NCBI GenBank assembly: GCA_963792585.1
Contig: CAWBWI010000003.1
Coordinates: forward strand, 800,001-864,000
Origin: Candidatus Eiseniibacteriota bacterium
GTDB taxonomy: Bacteria; Eisenbacteria; RBG-16-71-46; CAIMUX01; VGJL01
Reading direction: 5' to 3'
DNA: 64,000 nt
Both the position numbers and the translations under genes were made by a program. The notes below the pieces were generated by a model. The model worked only from the letters and a program-made list of their open reading frames with translations, was not told the origin of the DNA and did not search any database. Below are positions 9,280 through 18,255 of the stretch, in pieces. Numbering within the stretch: position 1 is the first letter of the stretch; every line of letters starts with the position of its first letter.

Positions 9280-11286
9280 TCAGCGAAGGGTGGGGGGCAT
9301 CACGGCGCCGGGGAGAGCGCCCGACCGGCGAAGATCGTCCCGAACCCGGGGCGCCTCCGGGGCGTTCGGATCGATCTCGATGAAGCGCATCCAGGCGCGG
9401 CGGGCGTCGTCGATCCGGCCGGCGCGCGCATAGGCGTCGCCGAGGAAGAGGCGCGCCTCGCCGTCGTTCGGCGCGCGTCCCGCATAGTCGTTCAGCAGGC
9501 GAATCCCCTCGACGGGGTCGCCGACCTCGGTCTCGAGATAGCCGAGCGGCTTCTCACGATCCCATCGGGACGGTTCCGCGGCCAGAGCGCCGCGGTAGGC
9601 TTCCTTCGCGCCGACATAGTCGTCGGCCGCGACGCGCATCAGGGCGAGCTTTTCCCAGAGGAATGCGACCTCGCGGTCGTCGGCGTAGGTCTGTGGGGCG
9701 AGCCGCGCGAGGACGCGGGCGCGTTCCTGCATCTGCAGCGCGGGATCGGCGATGACACTCAAGTTCGAGCTGAGCCGGTAGTGGCTCCCTCCGTAGTAGG
9801 TGCGGTGGAGCCAGATCCCCATCTCCTCCACGCGATGATAGGCGCGCTCGCGGCTCGCGTTGACGCCGAAGATCGTCGCGGTCGCGAGCCCGAGGAAGAC
9901 GATCCCCGGGACGAGCGCGCGCGGCGGTTGCGGCGCCTTCGACACCATGAAGACGGCCGTGTAGAGGATCGGCGGGGAGATGACGCACATCAGGTCCCAG
10001 TCGAACGGAAACCCGATGGCCGGGTTCAGGATGAAATCGTGCAGGAGCGCAAAGCCTATCGATGGAAGGAGGATGATCGAGCCTGCGGTCCGCGAGATCC
10101 CGGCGGGCCGCGGTGGGGTCGCATCCGGCGGATCGATCGTGCCGCGTAGGATCGTCACGATGCGCGGGATCGTCGTGGCACACGCGGCGATGGCGAAGAT
10201 GGCCGCGGGCGAGGCGACGCTGAAGATGGCGCCGAAGCAGTCGAGGAGATGGGCGCCGGAGAATAGCGCATAGCGCAGGTAGGGAAGGCCGACGCAGGAC
10301 GTCGTCAGCGGGAGGAACACCTGGCGCGGCTCCGGACGTCCTCCGGAGTAGATGTAGTCGTAGCAGCGGGCGCCGATTGCCATGTAGACCACCGCGATCC
10401 CCGCGACCGCGGCGAGCATGCCGATCCACGCCATACGTTGCGGGAACCATGGACGCAGGCGCGGGCGGCTCGATGCGAGGTCGGTGCCGATCCAGAGCAG
10501 CAGCGTGGGGAGCAGCACGAGCGCCTGGCTGTGGAAGAAGACGGCGAGGGCGAACCAGACGATCGCGCGGGCGCGCCGGCCGCGCGAGGGGGTTGCGAGC
10601 AGGGCGCCGACGACCTCCATCAGGAAGAGGCACTCGAAGAGCCGGACGACGGTGTAATTCTCGACGTGTCCGAAGAAGAGCTGCGTCGCGCCGTCGGTCA
10701 CGCCGAGCCAGAGGATGGCGGCGCGCGCCCACGTACCCGCTGCGGGAAGCGTGGCGGCGAATCGGGAGTGGGCGGCGACGAAGATCCCGCCGCAGAGGAT
10801 CGAGACGAGCATGATGCTTCGTTCGAAGGAGGTCCCGAGGAGGCGCGTGACCAGCTCGTGGAGCACGAAGGAGGCGGAGCCGCGCGCTTCCAGGCTGAAG
10901 GTGAGCATGCGGCGGACGTGGATCGCGAGATTGGAGGCGCGATAGTCATCGAGGATGTAGCGGCTGTCGCCGTAGATCCGCGTCGCGATGGGGAAGGAGG
11001 CGAAGAGCGCCAGGGCCGCCGCGCCAAGGACGACGGCGGTCACGACCGGCCGTCGCGCCATGGCTCCGCCGATTCCTTCCGCGCCCCGTTCGAGTCCGGC
11101 TCGAAACCTGGGCAGCCAGGCCGCGACCCCGATCGCGATCACGAGCGTGGACCAGATCGGGCTCGTCCGACCGAGGTGATCCCATCCCCAGGACCAGCCG
11201 AACGATCGGAAGGCTCCCACGACGAACGGCGCGGCCAAGGCCAGGAAGACCAGGGGCGCGACCATCGAACGGCGCTGTGGCGGCAT
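9280..11286 (-). CDS. Multi-pass membrane protein with C-terminal TPR repeats
   Basis: Many TM segments, then TPR-like helices (AKEAYRGALAAEP; ARLFLGDAYARAGRIDDARRAWMRFIEIDP). Confidence 0.72.
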   Translation of the reverse strand: MPPQRRSMVAPLVFLALAAPFVVGAFRSFGWSWGWDHLGRTSPIWSTLVIAIGVAAWLPRFRAGLERGAEGIGGAMARRPVVTAVVLGAAALALFASFPIATRIYGDSRYILDDYRASNLAIHVRRMLTFSLEARGSASFVLHELVTRLLGTSFERSIMLVSILCGGIFVAAHSRFAATLPAAGTWARAAILWLGVTDGATQLFFGHVENYTVVRLFECLFLMEVVGALLATPSRGRRARAIVWFALAVFFHSQALVLLPTLLLWIGTDLASSRPRLRPWFPQRMAWIGMLAAVAGIAVVYMAIGARCYDYIYSGGRPEPRQVFLPLTTSCVGLPYLRYALFSGAHLLDCFGAIFSVASPAAIFAIAACATTIPRIVTILRGTIDPPDATPPRPAGISRTAGSIILLPSIGFALLHDFILNPAIGFPFDWDLMCVISPPILYTAVFMVSKAPQPPRALVPGIVFLGLATATIFGVNASRERAYHRVEEMGIWLHRTYYGGSHYRLSSNLSVIADPALQMQERARVLARLAPQTYADDREVAFLWEKLALMRVAADDYVGAKEAYRGALAAEPSRWDREKPLGYLETEVGDPVEGIRLLNDYAGRAPNDGEARLFLGDAYARAGRIDDARRAWMRFIEIDPNAPEAPRVRDDLRRSGALPGAVMPPTLR

Positions 11287-11372
11287 GCATCTTCTCTACC
11301 AGGCGGGGACGTTGGGGGCAAACACCTTCGCCGGCTTGACCATGCCTCCGGCCGGCGGCTAGGCTGTTTGGA

Positions 11373-11666
11373 ATGATTCGAAGCAAGCTATGGACGAGCC
11401 TGCCGGCGCTTCTTGTCTGCATTCTGCTGCTGTTGGCCGGGGGCCTGGAGACGCTCGAGCGGCACGACCACGCCTCGCTCGCGCCGGGCCACGACTGTCC
11501 CGCCTGCCGACTGGCCGGCGCGCCCGCCGACCTGCCCGTGCCGGACGGTGCGGGGGTCGGGGTCCGGCCTCCGGGGCATGGCTCCGTCCTGCCCGTCCTC
11601 GACCCATGCGCTCCCGAAGCGCCCTGCTGCGTCGTTCTCCATCTCAGAGGCCCTCCCCTCTCCTAG
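11373..11666 (+). CDS. DUF2946-like leader protein with His/CxxC motif and C-terminal RGPP arrest-like motif
   Basis: N-terminal hydrophobic helix, HDH...HDCPAC, Pro-rich linker, ends HLRGPPLS; directly upstream of metal-uptake genes. Confidence 0.72.
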   Translation: MIRSKLWTSLPALLVCILLLLAGGLETLERHDHASLAPGHDCPACRLAGAPADLPVPDGAGVGVRPPGHGSVLPVLDPCAPEAPCCVVLHLRGPPLS

Positions 11667-11780
11667 CCGGCGAACCCCGTTCTCATCACGCGATCGCCGA
11701 CGGCACCGCAAACCGTCGGGCGCATGGAAAGCTGGGAATGACTCGCATCGCGCCGTCGCGCGTCGCGAGGGAGGATTCTC

Positions 11781-12896
11781 GTGAACCTGAGGCCAATGCT
11801 AGGCGCCGCGGGGCTGCTGCTCGCGATCGCAGCGGGCGCCCCCCGCGCCGGCGTCGTCAATCCCGACATCTCGGTCATCGGGCAGCCCGTCTTCTCGCTC
11901 ACCGACGATTCCGCATCCCCGGACCGGAATCGACCACGGCTGGACATCGGGGAGACCGAGTTCGTATTCGATTCGTACCTGAATCCCTACGCGAAGGGTT
12001 CTTTCACGCTCTCGCTCGGAGAGGAAGGGATGTCCCTCGAGGAAGGTTACTTCACCCTCGTCCGCGGTCTGCCGATCGGCCTGAATCTGAAGGGCGGGAA
12101 GTACCGCGCAGGTTTCGGAAAGCTGAATCCCGCGCACCCGCACGTCTACCCGTTCGGGGAGCGGTTCGGCGTCCTCGCCGCCTACTTGCCGGGAGAGGAA
12201 GCGTTCAACGAGACAGGGATCTCCATCTCGAAGCAGATCCCGCTCATCGGCGACGCCTCGCTCACGGCCACGGTCGACTATCTGCAGGGCGATTCGTTCC
12301 GGATCGAGCGGGAGCCGAGCGAGAGCCCGGACGATCCGATCGCGACGGGCGTCGGGGACGGCGGCGACCAGACGCGGCCCGCCATGTTGGCGCGTCTGAG
12401 CGGGTTCACGATGCTCGGCGATCAATCGGCGCTCGAGCTCGGTCTCTCGGCTGTGCATGGAACGAACAACGTCGCGGCGCGCGCACGGACGATCGTGATC
12501 GGCGCCGATGCCAAGGCAAAGCTCTGGAGGTCCGCCAACGCATATCTCGTGATCCAGGGAGAGGTCCTGCGCCTGGATCGCGAGGAGGCCTCGTGGTCCC
12601 GGGAAGCCGGATACGCGAAGGACGCGGTGAGACCGATCGGCGGCTACGTCTTCGCCGACTACAACTGGGCGCGTCGCTACAACGCGGGGGTCTCGTACGA
12701 GCATTTCCAGGAGCCAACGCCGGCCGAGAGTGCGGATCAGGCCATCGCCGCGTTCGCGGGCTATGCGCTGATGGAGGAGACCCTCGTGCTGCGGCTCGTC
12801 CTCAACCGGTTCATCCCGGAGGTGGGGGATGCGACGAACGCACTTCGCCTCCATGTCGTTTATTCGATGGGCCCGCACAAGGCCCATCAGTTCTAG
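11781..12896 (+). CDS. Outer-membrane beta-barrel protein associated with metal (Zn/Mn) uptake
   Basis: Signal peptide, NPDISVI start, EEGYFT, FGKLNPAHPH, C-terminal GPHKAHQF with terminal Phe. Confidence 0.75.
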   Translation: MNLRPMLGAAGLLLAIAAGAPRAGVVNPDISVIGQPVFSLTDDSASPDRNRPRLDIGETEFVFDSYLNPYAKGSFTLSLGEEGMSLEEGYFTLVRGLPIGLNLKGGKYRAGFGKLNPAHPHVYPFGERFGVLAAYLPGEEAFNETGISISKQIPLIGDASLTATVDYLQGDSFRIEREPSESPDDPIATGVGDGGDQTRPAMLARLSGFTMLGDQSALELGLSAVHGTNNVAARARTIVIGADAKAKLWRSANAYLVIQGEVLRLDREEASWSREAGYAKDAVRPIGGYVFADYNWARRYNAGVSYEHFQEPTPAESADQAIAAFAGYALMEETLVLRLVLNRFIPEVGDATNALRLHVVYSMGPHKAHQF

Positions 12897-12905
12897 GAGG
12901 AAGCG

Positions 12906-13805
12906 ATGAAGAAGCTCCTGGCGAACGCAGCGCTCCTACTCTCGTCGCTCTCGATCTCATCGATTGCGCCGGCGCCCGCGTTCGCGAAGATCCACGTGGT
13001 CGCGTCGATCACGGATCTCGGGTCGATCGCAAGCGCCGTGGGCGGACCCGAGGTCGAGGTGCAGGCGATCGCACGCTCGACGGCGGACGTCCACCGCGTG
13101 GAGGTCTTGCCCTCGTACATGGTCCGTGTCGCAAGGGCCCAGCTCTACCTCAAGGTCGGGCTCGGGCTCGACGGATGGGCGAACGGATCATCGACGGCTC
13201 GCGCAACGACCAGCTCCGGATCCTCGATTGCTCCAGGGGTGTCGACGATCCTCGAGAGGCCGACCGGCAAGGTCGACGCTTCGATGGGCGACGTGCATCC
13301 CGAGGGGAATCCGCACTACTGGCTCGACCCGCGCAATGGGGCCATCGTCGCTCGGGCGATCGCGCAGGCGCTCGGGACGATCGACCCGGCGCACGCGGAG
13401 GACTTCGTCGCTCGCGCCGATGCGTTCGCAACGGCCGCGGAGGCCTCCTTCGTGCGGGGCCAGCAGGCGGTCGCCACGATGGCGCACCGCGAAATCGTCA
13501 CCTACCACGCCTCCTGGGTCTACTTCGCCAACGCCTTCGACCTCGATGTCGCGGCGACGATCGAGCCGATTCCGGGCATCCCGCCGACCGGCAGACATCT
13601 GCAGGAGCTGGTCGTCCTGATCAAGGAACACGGCATCTCGGTCATCTTCCAGGAGCCGTACTTCTCGGGAGACGCGAGCGACTTCCTGGCACGGGAGACC
13701 GGCGTTCGCGTCGCGCAGGTCTCTCCGTCTTGCGACTCGGTGGAGCCGGGAAGTTACCTCTCCCACTTCGATCGACTCTTCGACGCGCTCGAGAAGGGAG
13801 AGTGA
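12906..13805 (+). CDS. Metal ABC transporter substrate-binding protein (ZnuA/TroA family); compensating frameshift pair ~13186 and ~13244
   Basis: DVH, MGDVHPEGNPHYWLDP, TYHASWVYF, IEPIPGIPPT; the conserved-looking IIDGSRN..RILDCSRGV segment lies in another frame. Confidence 0.88.
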   Translation: MKKLLANAALLLSSLSISSIAPAPAFAKIHVVASITDLGSIASAVGGPEVEVQAIARSTADVHRVEVLPSYMVRVARAQLYLKVGLGLDGWANGSSTARATTSSGSSIAPGVSTILERPTGKVDASMGDVHPEGNPHYWLDPRNGAIVARAIAQALGTIDPAHAEDFVARADAFATAAEASFVRGQQAVATMAHREIVTYHASWVYFANAFDLDVAATIEPIPGIPPTGRHLQELVVLIKEHGISVIFQEPYFSGDASDFLARETGVRVAQVSPSCDSVEPGSYLSHFDRLFDALEKGE

Positions 13806-13811
13806 TCCGCC

Positions 13812-14649
13812 ATGCTCCAGGCAATGAGTCTGCCGTTCTTCCGGACCGCGCTCCTCGCGAGCCTCGTGCTCGCCGGCATCCACGCCTACCTCGGATTCCA
13901 CGTCGTGCGGCGCGGGGTGATCTTCGTCGATCTGGCGCTGGCGCAGATGGCCGCGCTGGGCGTGGCCGTCGGCGTGGTGGTGGGTCTCCATGAGGATCCG
14001 CTCGCCTCTTACCTGCTTGCGCTCGGGATGACGCTGGTCGGCGCGGCGAGTTTCGCCTGGCTGCGCCGGCAGGAGCGTCGCGTGCCGCTCGAGGCGTTCA
14101 TCGGGATCGTCTTCGCGACCGCGCAGGCGCTGGTGTTCCTCGTCCTCGAGAAGTCCCCGGCGGGCCCGGAGCACCTGAAGGAGACGCTGGTGGGAACCCT
14201 ATTCACGATCGCTCCCGACAAGGTGCTGAAGACCGCCATTCTCTACGCCGTGATCGGGGGGATGCACGTCCTGCTTCGCCGTCCCTTCTTCGAGATCACG
14301 AACGATCCGCTGGGCGCGCACGCGCGCGGGCGAAAGCTTTTCGCGTGGGACTTTCTCTTCTACGCCACCTTCGGGCTGGTCGTGACCTCCTCGGTCCAGA
14401 TCGCCGGCGTTCTACTCGTGTTCGGGCTCCTCGTGATCCCGGCGGTGGCGGGTCTCATGACCACGGGCAAGGCCGGCGGGCGCCCTGGCCGTCGGCTGGA
14501 TCTTCGGTTTTCTGGCGAGCTTCGTGGGCCTCCTGGCCTCGGTCCATCTCGACGCGCCGGCGGCCCCGACGATCTTGGTGTCCCTCACGGGTTTCCTCGT
14601 CCTCCTCGGGGTCGGACAGGCCATTCGCGGGAGGCTGCGAAACGCGTAG
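13812..14649 (+). CDS. Metal ABC transporter permease (ZnuB/MntB family); frameshift near 14480
   Basis: YLGFHVVRRGVIFVDLALAQ, EAFIGIVF, AGVLLVFGLLVIPAVAG; last TM helices (ALAVGWIFG...DAPAAPTILV) continue in a shifted frame to TAG at 14649. Confidence 0.85.
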
Positions 14650-14714
14650 GTTGTGATTTGACATTCAGTTCTCCCCCCATCGGGCCGATATCCGGGACGG
14701 GGGAGAAAACCAAA

Positions 14715-16649
14715 ATGAACGCACCGACCCAACGCAGTGCGCGCCTCGGCGAGCTCCTGCTCGAACTCGGCTGTCTGACCATCGAACAACTCGCCGCGAT
14801 CCGCGATCGGCAGGCCATGCAGCCGCCCGCGGAACGCGAATCGTTCGGAAGGCTGGCTGTCTCCATGGGGGTGATCTCGAATGAACGACTCGAGGTCATC
14901 CTCGACCGATGGGGGAAGCGGCTGCGCCTCGGCGAACTCCTGGTCAATCGCGGCCGCGTCACCGCCGCCCAGGTCGACGAAGCGCTCGCGCTGCAGCAGC
15001 AGAAGGGGGGCCGCTTCGGCGAGATCCTGCTCGAGATGGGGGTGATCGACGAGGAGACCCTCGCCGAGACGCTGGGGGAGCAGTTCGACCTGCCGTTCGT
15101 TCCCCTTTCCGGACTCGAGGCGAAGCCCGAACTCGCCCACTATGTGAACGATCTGTATGCGGCGCGCCATCAGGTGACGCCGATCGGGCGACTGGGGCGC
15201 CACCTCACGGTCGCGATCGCGGATCCGACCCACAGGGAAATCGCGCGCGATCTCGAGCGATCGACGGGACTCAAAGTGCGGCTCGTCATGACCACGCCAA
15301 GCGAGATCGCAGCATTCTCCCGCCAGCTGTACGAGTTCCGCGACGGCGTCTCCGTATCGACGAGGCCGACGCGATCGGCGCCGACGGCGGGCTCCGATCC
15401 GACCGTCGACGCCTCCGCACTGACCAGGGTGGTCACGAAGGCGGTCGCAGCCGGCGCACGCGACCTTCACATCGAGTCCGACGCCTACGGCGGCAAGATC
15501 CGTGTCCGCGTCGACGGCGCGCTACGGGAGCTCGAAGGCGTGGGCGCGCTCGACGGAAAGATCCCCGTCATGCTCCGTGCCCTGAAGTCTCTGGCGAGGC
15601 TGGACGCGAGCGAACACCGCAGGCCGCAGGAGGGGAGCTTCGTCATCCAGAGCGACGAGGGCGACTTCTCGCGCCCGATCAGCCTGCACGTGACCTTCCT
15701 ACCAGGCCCGCACGGAGAATCGGCGCACGTGCGCATCCTCGATCGGAAGAAGGCGAGACTGACCCTCGAAGAAGCGGGGTTGAGTCCCGCGCTCGCCATG
15801 CGTGTCGCGGCGACGCTGCGGCAGGCGCGCGGCGTCTTCCTGATCGCGGGCCCTCCCGGCAGCGGCAGACGGAGCACCCTGCGCGCGACCTTGAGCGTCC
15901 TGCGCACGCCCGAGGCCAAGATCCTCACGGCCGAGGACCCGATCGTCTTCATCCAGGATGGGGTCAGCCAGGCGAAGGTCGATCCGCGGATCGGCAACAC
16001 CTATGCCTCGTTCCTGAGAAGTTTCCTCAAGCAGGATCCCGACGCCGTCCTGCTCGACGCCCTCGAGACGCGCGACGTCTGCGAACTCGCCTTCGGCGCA
16101 GGCGGCCAGGGACCGTTGATCATCGGGACGATCCGAGCCAACAACGCGACCGACGTGGTGGCGAGGCTCGTGGAACTCGGCCTCGATGAATCGCTGATCG
16201 CGACGTCTCTCGCGGGCGTCCTCGCGCAGCGCCTGGTTCGAAGCAACTGCCCGTCCTGCACCGGCCCCTACGAGCCCCCGAGCCTCGTCCTCGATCAGTG
16301 GTTCCGCAACTCCCCGCCGTCCACGACCGCCCTGCGCGGGAACGGGTGCGAGTCATGCCGCGGATCGGGTTTTCAGGGTCGCGTCGCGGTCGCCGAGTTG
16401 TGGGTGCCCTCGGCGGAAGAGGTTCTCTGGATCCGCGGGGGGACCGAGCCGCCGATCCTGCGCGAGAGGGTTCTGGAGCGGATCCGTTGTCTCGGACAGG
16501 ATGCGTTGGAGCGGGCGATGGAAGGACGGACGACGCTGGAAGAGGCCCTCAAGGTCGTTCCCCACGGCGACGTCGTCCACACCCGCATGCGGGGACTCGA
16601 GCGGGAGAAGGAGACGCAGGCTGCCGCGCGCCTGATCCGCGCCGCGTAG
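14715..16649 (+). CDS. GspE/PilB-family protein with tandem MshEN motifs and degenerate ATPase motifs
   Basis: GGAG RBS and ATG 14715; RLGELL motifs; DLHIE, RVRVDGAL, RRPQEG, TAEDPI, QDPD, LAQRLVR, CPSC/CESC; Walker A reads GPPGSGRRST. Confidence 0.85.
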   Translation: MNAPTQRSARLGELLLELGCLTIEQLAAIRDRQAMQPPAERESFGRLAVSMGVISNERLEVILDRWGKRLRLGELLVNRGRVTAAQVDEALALQQQKGGRFGEILLEMGVIDEETLAETLGEQFDLPFVPLSGLEAKPELAHYVNDLYAARHQVTPIGRLGRHLTVAIADPTHREIARDLERSTGLKVRLVMTTPSEIAAFSRQLYEFRDGVSVSTRPTRSAPTAGSDPTVDASALTRVVTKAVAAGARDLHIESDAYGGKIRVRVDGALRELEGVGALDGKIPVMLRALKSLARLDASEHRRPQEGSFVIQSDEGDFSRPISLHVTFLPGPHGESAHVRILDRKKARLTLEEAGLSPALAMRVAATLRQARGVFLIAGPPGSGRRSTLRATLSVLRTPEAKILTAEDPIVFIQDGVSQAKVDPRIGNTYASFLRSFLKQDPDAVLLDALETRDVCELAFGAGGQGPLIIGTIRANNATDVVARLVELGLDESLIATSLAGVLAQRLVRSNCPSCTGPYEPPSLVLDQWFRNSPPSTTALRGNGCESCRGSGFQGRVAVAELWVPSAEEVLWIRGGTEPPILRERVLERIRCLGQDALERAMEGRTTLEEALKVVPHGDVVHTRMRGLEREKETQAAARLIRAA

Positions 16650-16720
16650 GTCGCGGGCCTTACATTCGCCTTCGCCACTCTGCTAACCTCGCCCCGGAAT
16701 TCGGGCAGAAGGGGGTAGAG

Positions 16721-18244
16721 ATGGCGGGCATCGATCATCCGCTTCACAGGCGGCGTTTCCTCGGAATCCTCGGGGGGGCCGCCGCGGCGACCTTCTCCGG
16801 GCCGCTCGACAGGCTCCTGTCGCCGGCCGAGGTGCGGGCACAGACCTTCCCGGGCATGTTCCCGATCGACGGTGGCATGGCCTCGCGGATCCTCGCGGAA
16901 GCGCGCGCGCGGGGCGCGGGCTTTTCGGAGATCTACCTCGAGACGCGGGCGGTCACCCGCCTGAACCTCTCCGAGCAGTCGATCGAATCGGTCGAGCAGG
17001 GGATCTACGCAGGCTGCGGCGTGCGCGCGATCGACGGCGACCGGATCGGCTACGCGTACGCGGATTCGTTCGAGGAACCGAAGCTGATCGAGGCGGCGCG
17101 CAACGCAGCCGCAATCGCGACCTCCACCTCAACGCCCGCCGCGCAGGCGCTGGCCTTCCAGCTCGAGAACCCGCAGCCGCGGATTCGATACCTGCGCCCC
17201 TTCGACGCGGTCTCCGATGACGAGCGGGTCGGTTGGCTCAAGCAGGCCGACGAGGCCGCACGCGCCTACGACCCGGCCGTGAAACAGGTCACGATCGAGT
17301 GCAACGATGAAATGCTGCGGTTCGCCGTGATCAATTCCGACGGAATCTGGCTCGAGGACGCACTTCCCTTGCTCTACCTCCGGGTGAACGTGAACGCGGA
17401 GAAGGGGGAGCGCCGAAGCATGGGATTGGAGCGCCTGAGCCACCGTCTCGGCGCGGAGCAGATGGACCAGGAGGGGCCGGCCAAGACGGCGCGCGAGGCG
17501 GCGCGTATGGCGATCGCCATGCTCGACGCGGGCCCGGCGCCGGCCGGAGAGATGCCGGTCGTACTCGCCGCCGGAGGGGGCGTGATGTTTCACGAGGCGG
17601 TGGGACACGGGCTCGAGGGCGACGCCGTGCGCAAGGGGACCTCGATGTTCGCCGGGAAGATCGGTCAGGTGGTCGCGGCCGACCGCGTGTCGATCGTCGA
17701 CTGGGGTGGGATCGCCGATCTGCGCGGCTCGTACAACGTGGACGATGAGGGAACCGTGCCCCAGCAGACCATCCTGATCGAGCGGGGCGTGCTCACCGGA
17801 TTCCTGACCGATCGGATCAGCGCCCAATCGCTCGACTCGGGGCGCACCGGAAACGGCCGGAGGCAGTCGTACCGCTTCCCGCCGCTCGTGCGCATGAGCA
17901 ACACCTTCCTCTATCAAGGGGAGGACGACGTCGACCAGATGATCCGCGACACGAAGAGCGGGCTCTTCGCGCGCAACCTCGGGGGAGGAGAGGTCGACAC
18001 GACGACCGGCAACTTCACTTTCGGCGTCCTCGAGGCGTACAGGATCGAAGATGGAAAGATCGGCGCGCCGGTGCGGGGCGCGGTCCTCGTCGGAAACGGT
18101 CCCGAGATCATGAAGCGGATCGACCGCGTCGGGCCCGACCTCAAATTCTGGCCCGGCACCTGCGGCAAAGGGCAGTGGGTCCCGGTCACGGCGGGAGCGC
18201 CCACGCTTCGGATCTCTTCGATGACCGTCGGCGGGTCGGAGTAG
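16721..18244 (+). CDS. tldD: TldD metalloprotease subunit with Tat signal peptide
   Basis: HRRRFLG twin-arginine leader; HEAVGHGLEGD, DDEG, TGNGRRQSY, RMSNT, CGKGQ. Confidence 0.9.
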   Translation: MAGIDHPLHRRRFLGILGGAAAATFSGPLDRLLSPAEVRAQTFPGMFPIDGGMASRILAEARARGAGFSEIYLETRAVTRLNLSEQSIESVEQGIYAGCGVRAIDGDRIGYAYADSFEEPKLIEAARNAAAIATSTSTPAAQALAFQLENPQPRIRYLRPFDAVSDDERVGWLKQADEAARAYDPAVKQVTIECNDEMLRFAVINSDGIWLEDALPLLYLRVNVNAEKGERRSMGLERLSHRLGAEQMDQEGPAKTAREAARMAIAMLDAGPAPAGEMPVVLAAGGGVMFHEAVGHGLEGDAVRKGTSMFAGKIGQVVAADRVSIVDWGGIADLRGSYNVDDEGTVPQQTILIERGVLTGFLTDRISAQSLDSGRTGNGRRQSYRFPPLVRMSNTFLYQGEDDVDQMIRDTKSGLFARNLGGGEVDTTTGNFTFGVLEAYRIEDGKIGAPVRGAVLVGNGPEIMKRIDRVGPDLKFWPGTCGKGQWVPVTAGAPTLRISSMTVGGSE

Positions 18245-18255
18245 GGGAGGGGAAG

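Noticed and set aside
13812..16649. Apparent 945-aa permease-GspE ATPase fusion
   Set aside because: A frameshift near 14480 hides the permease's own C-terminus and TAG (14649); the GspE-like gene has its own RBS and ATG at 14715.
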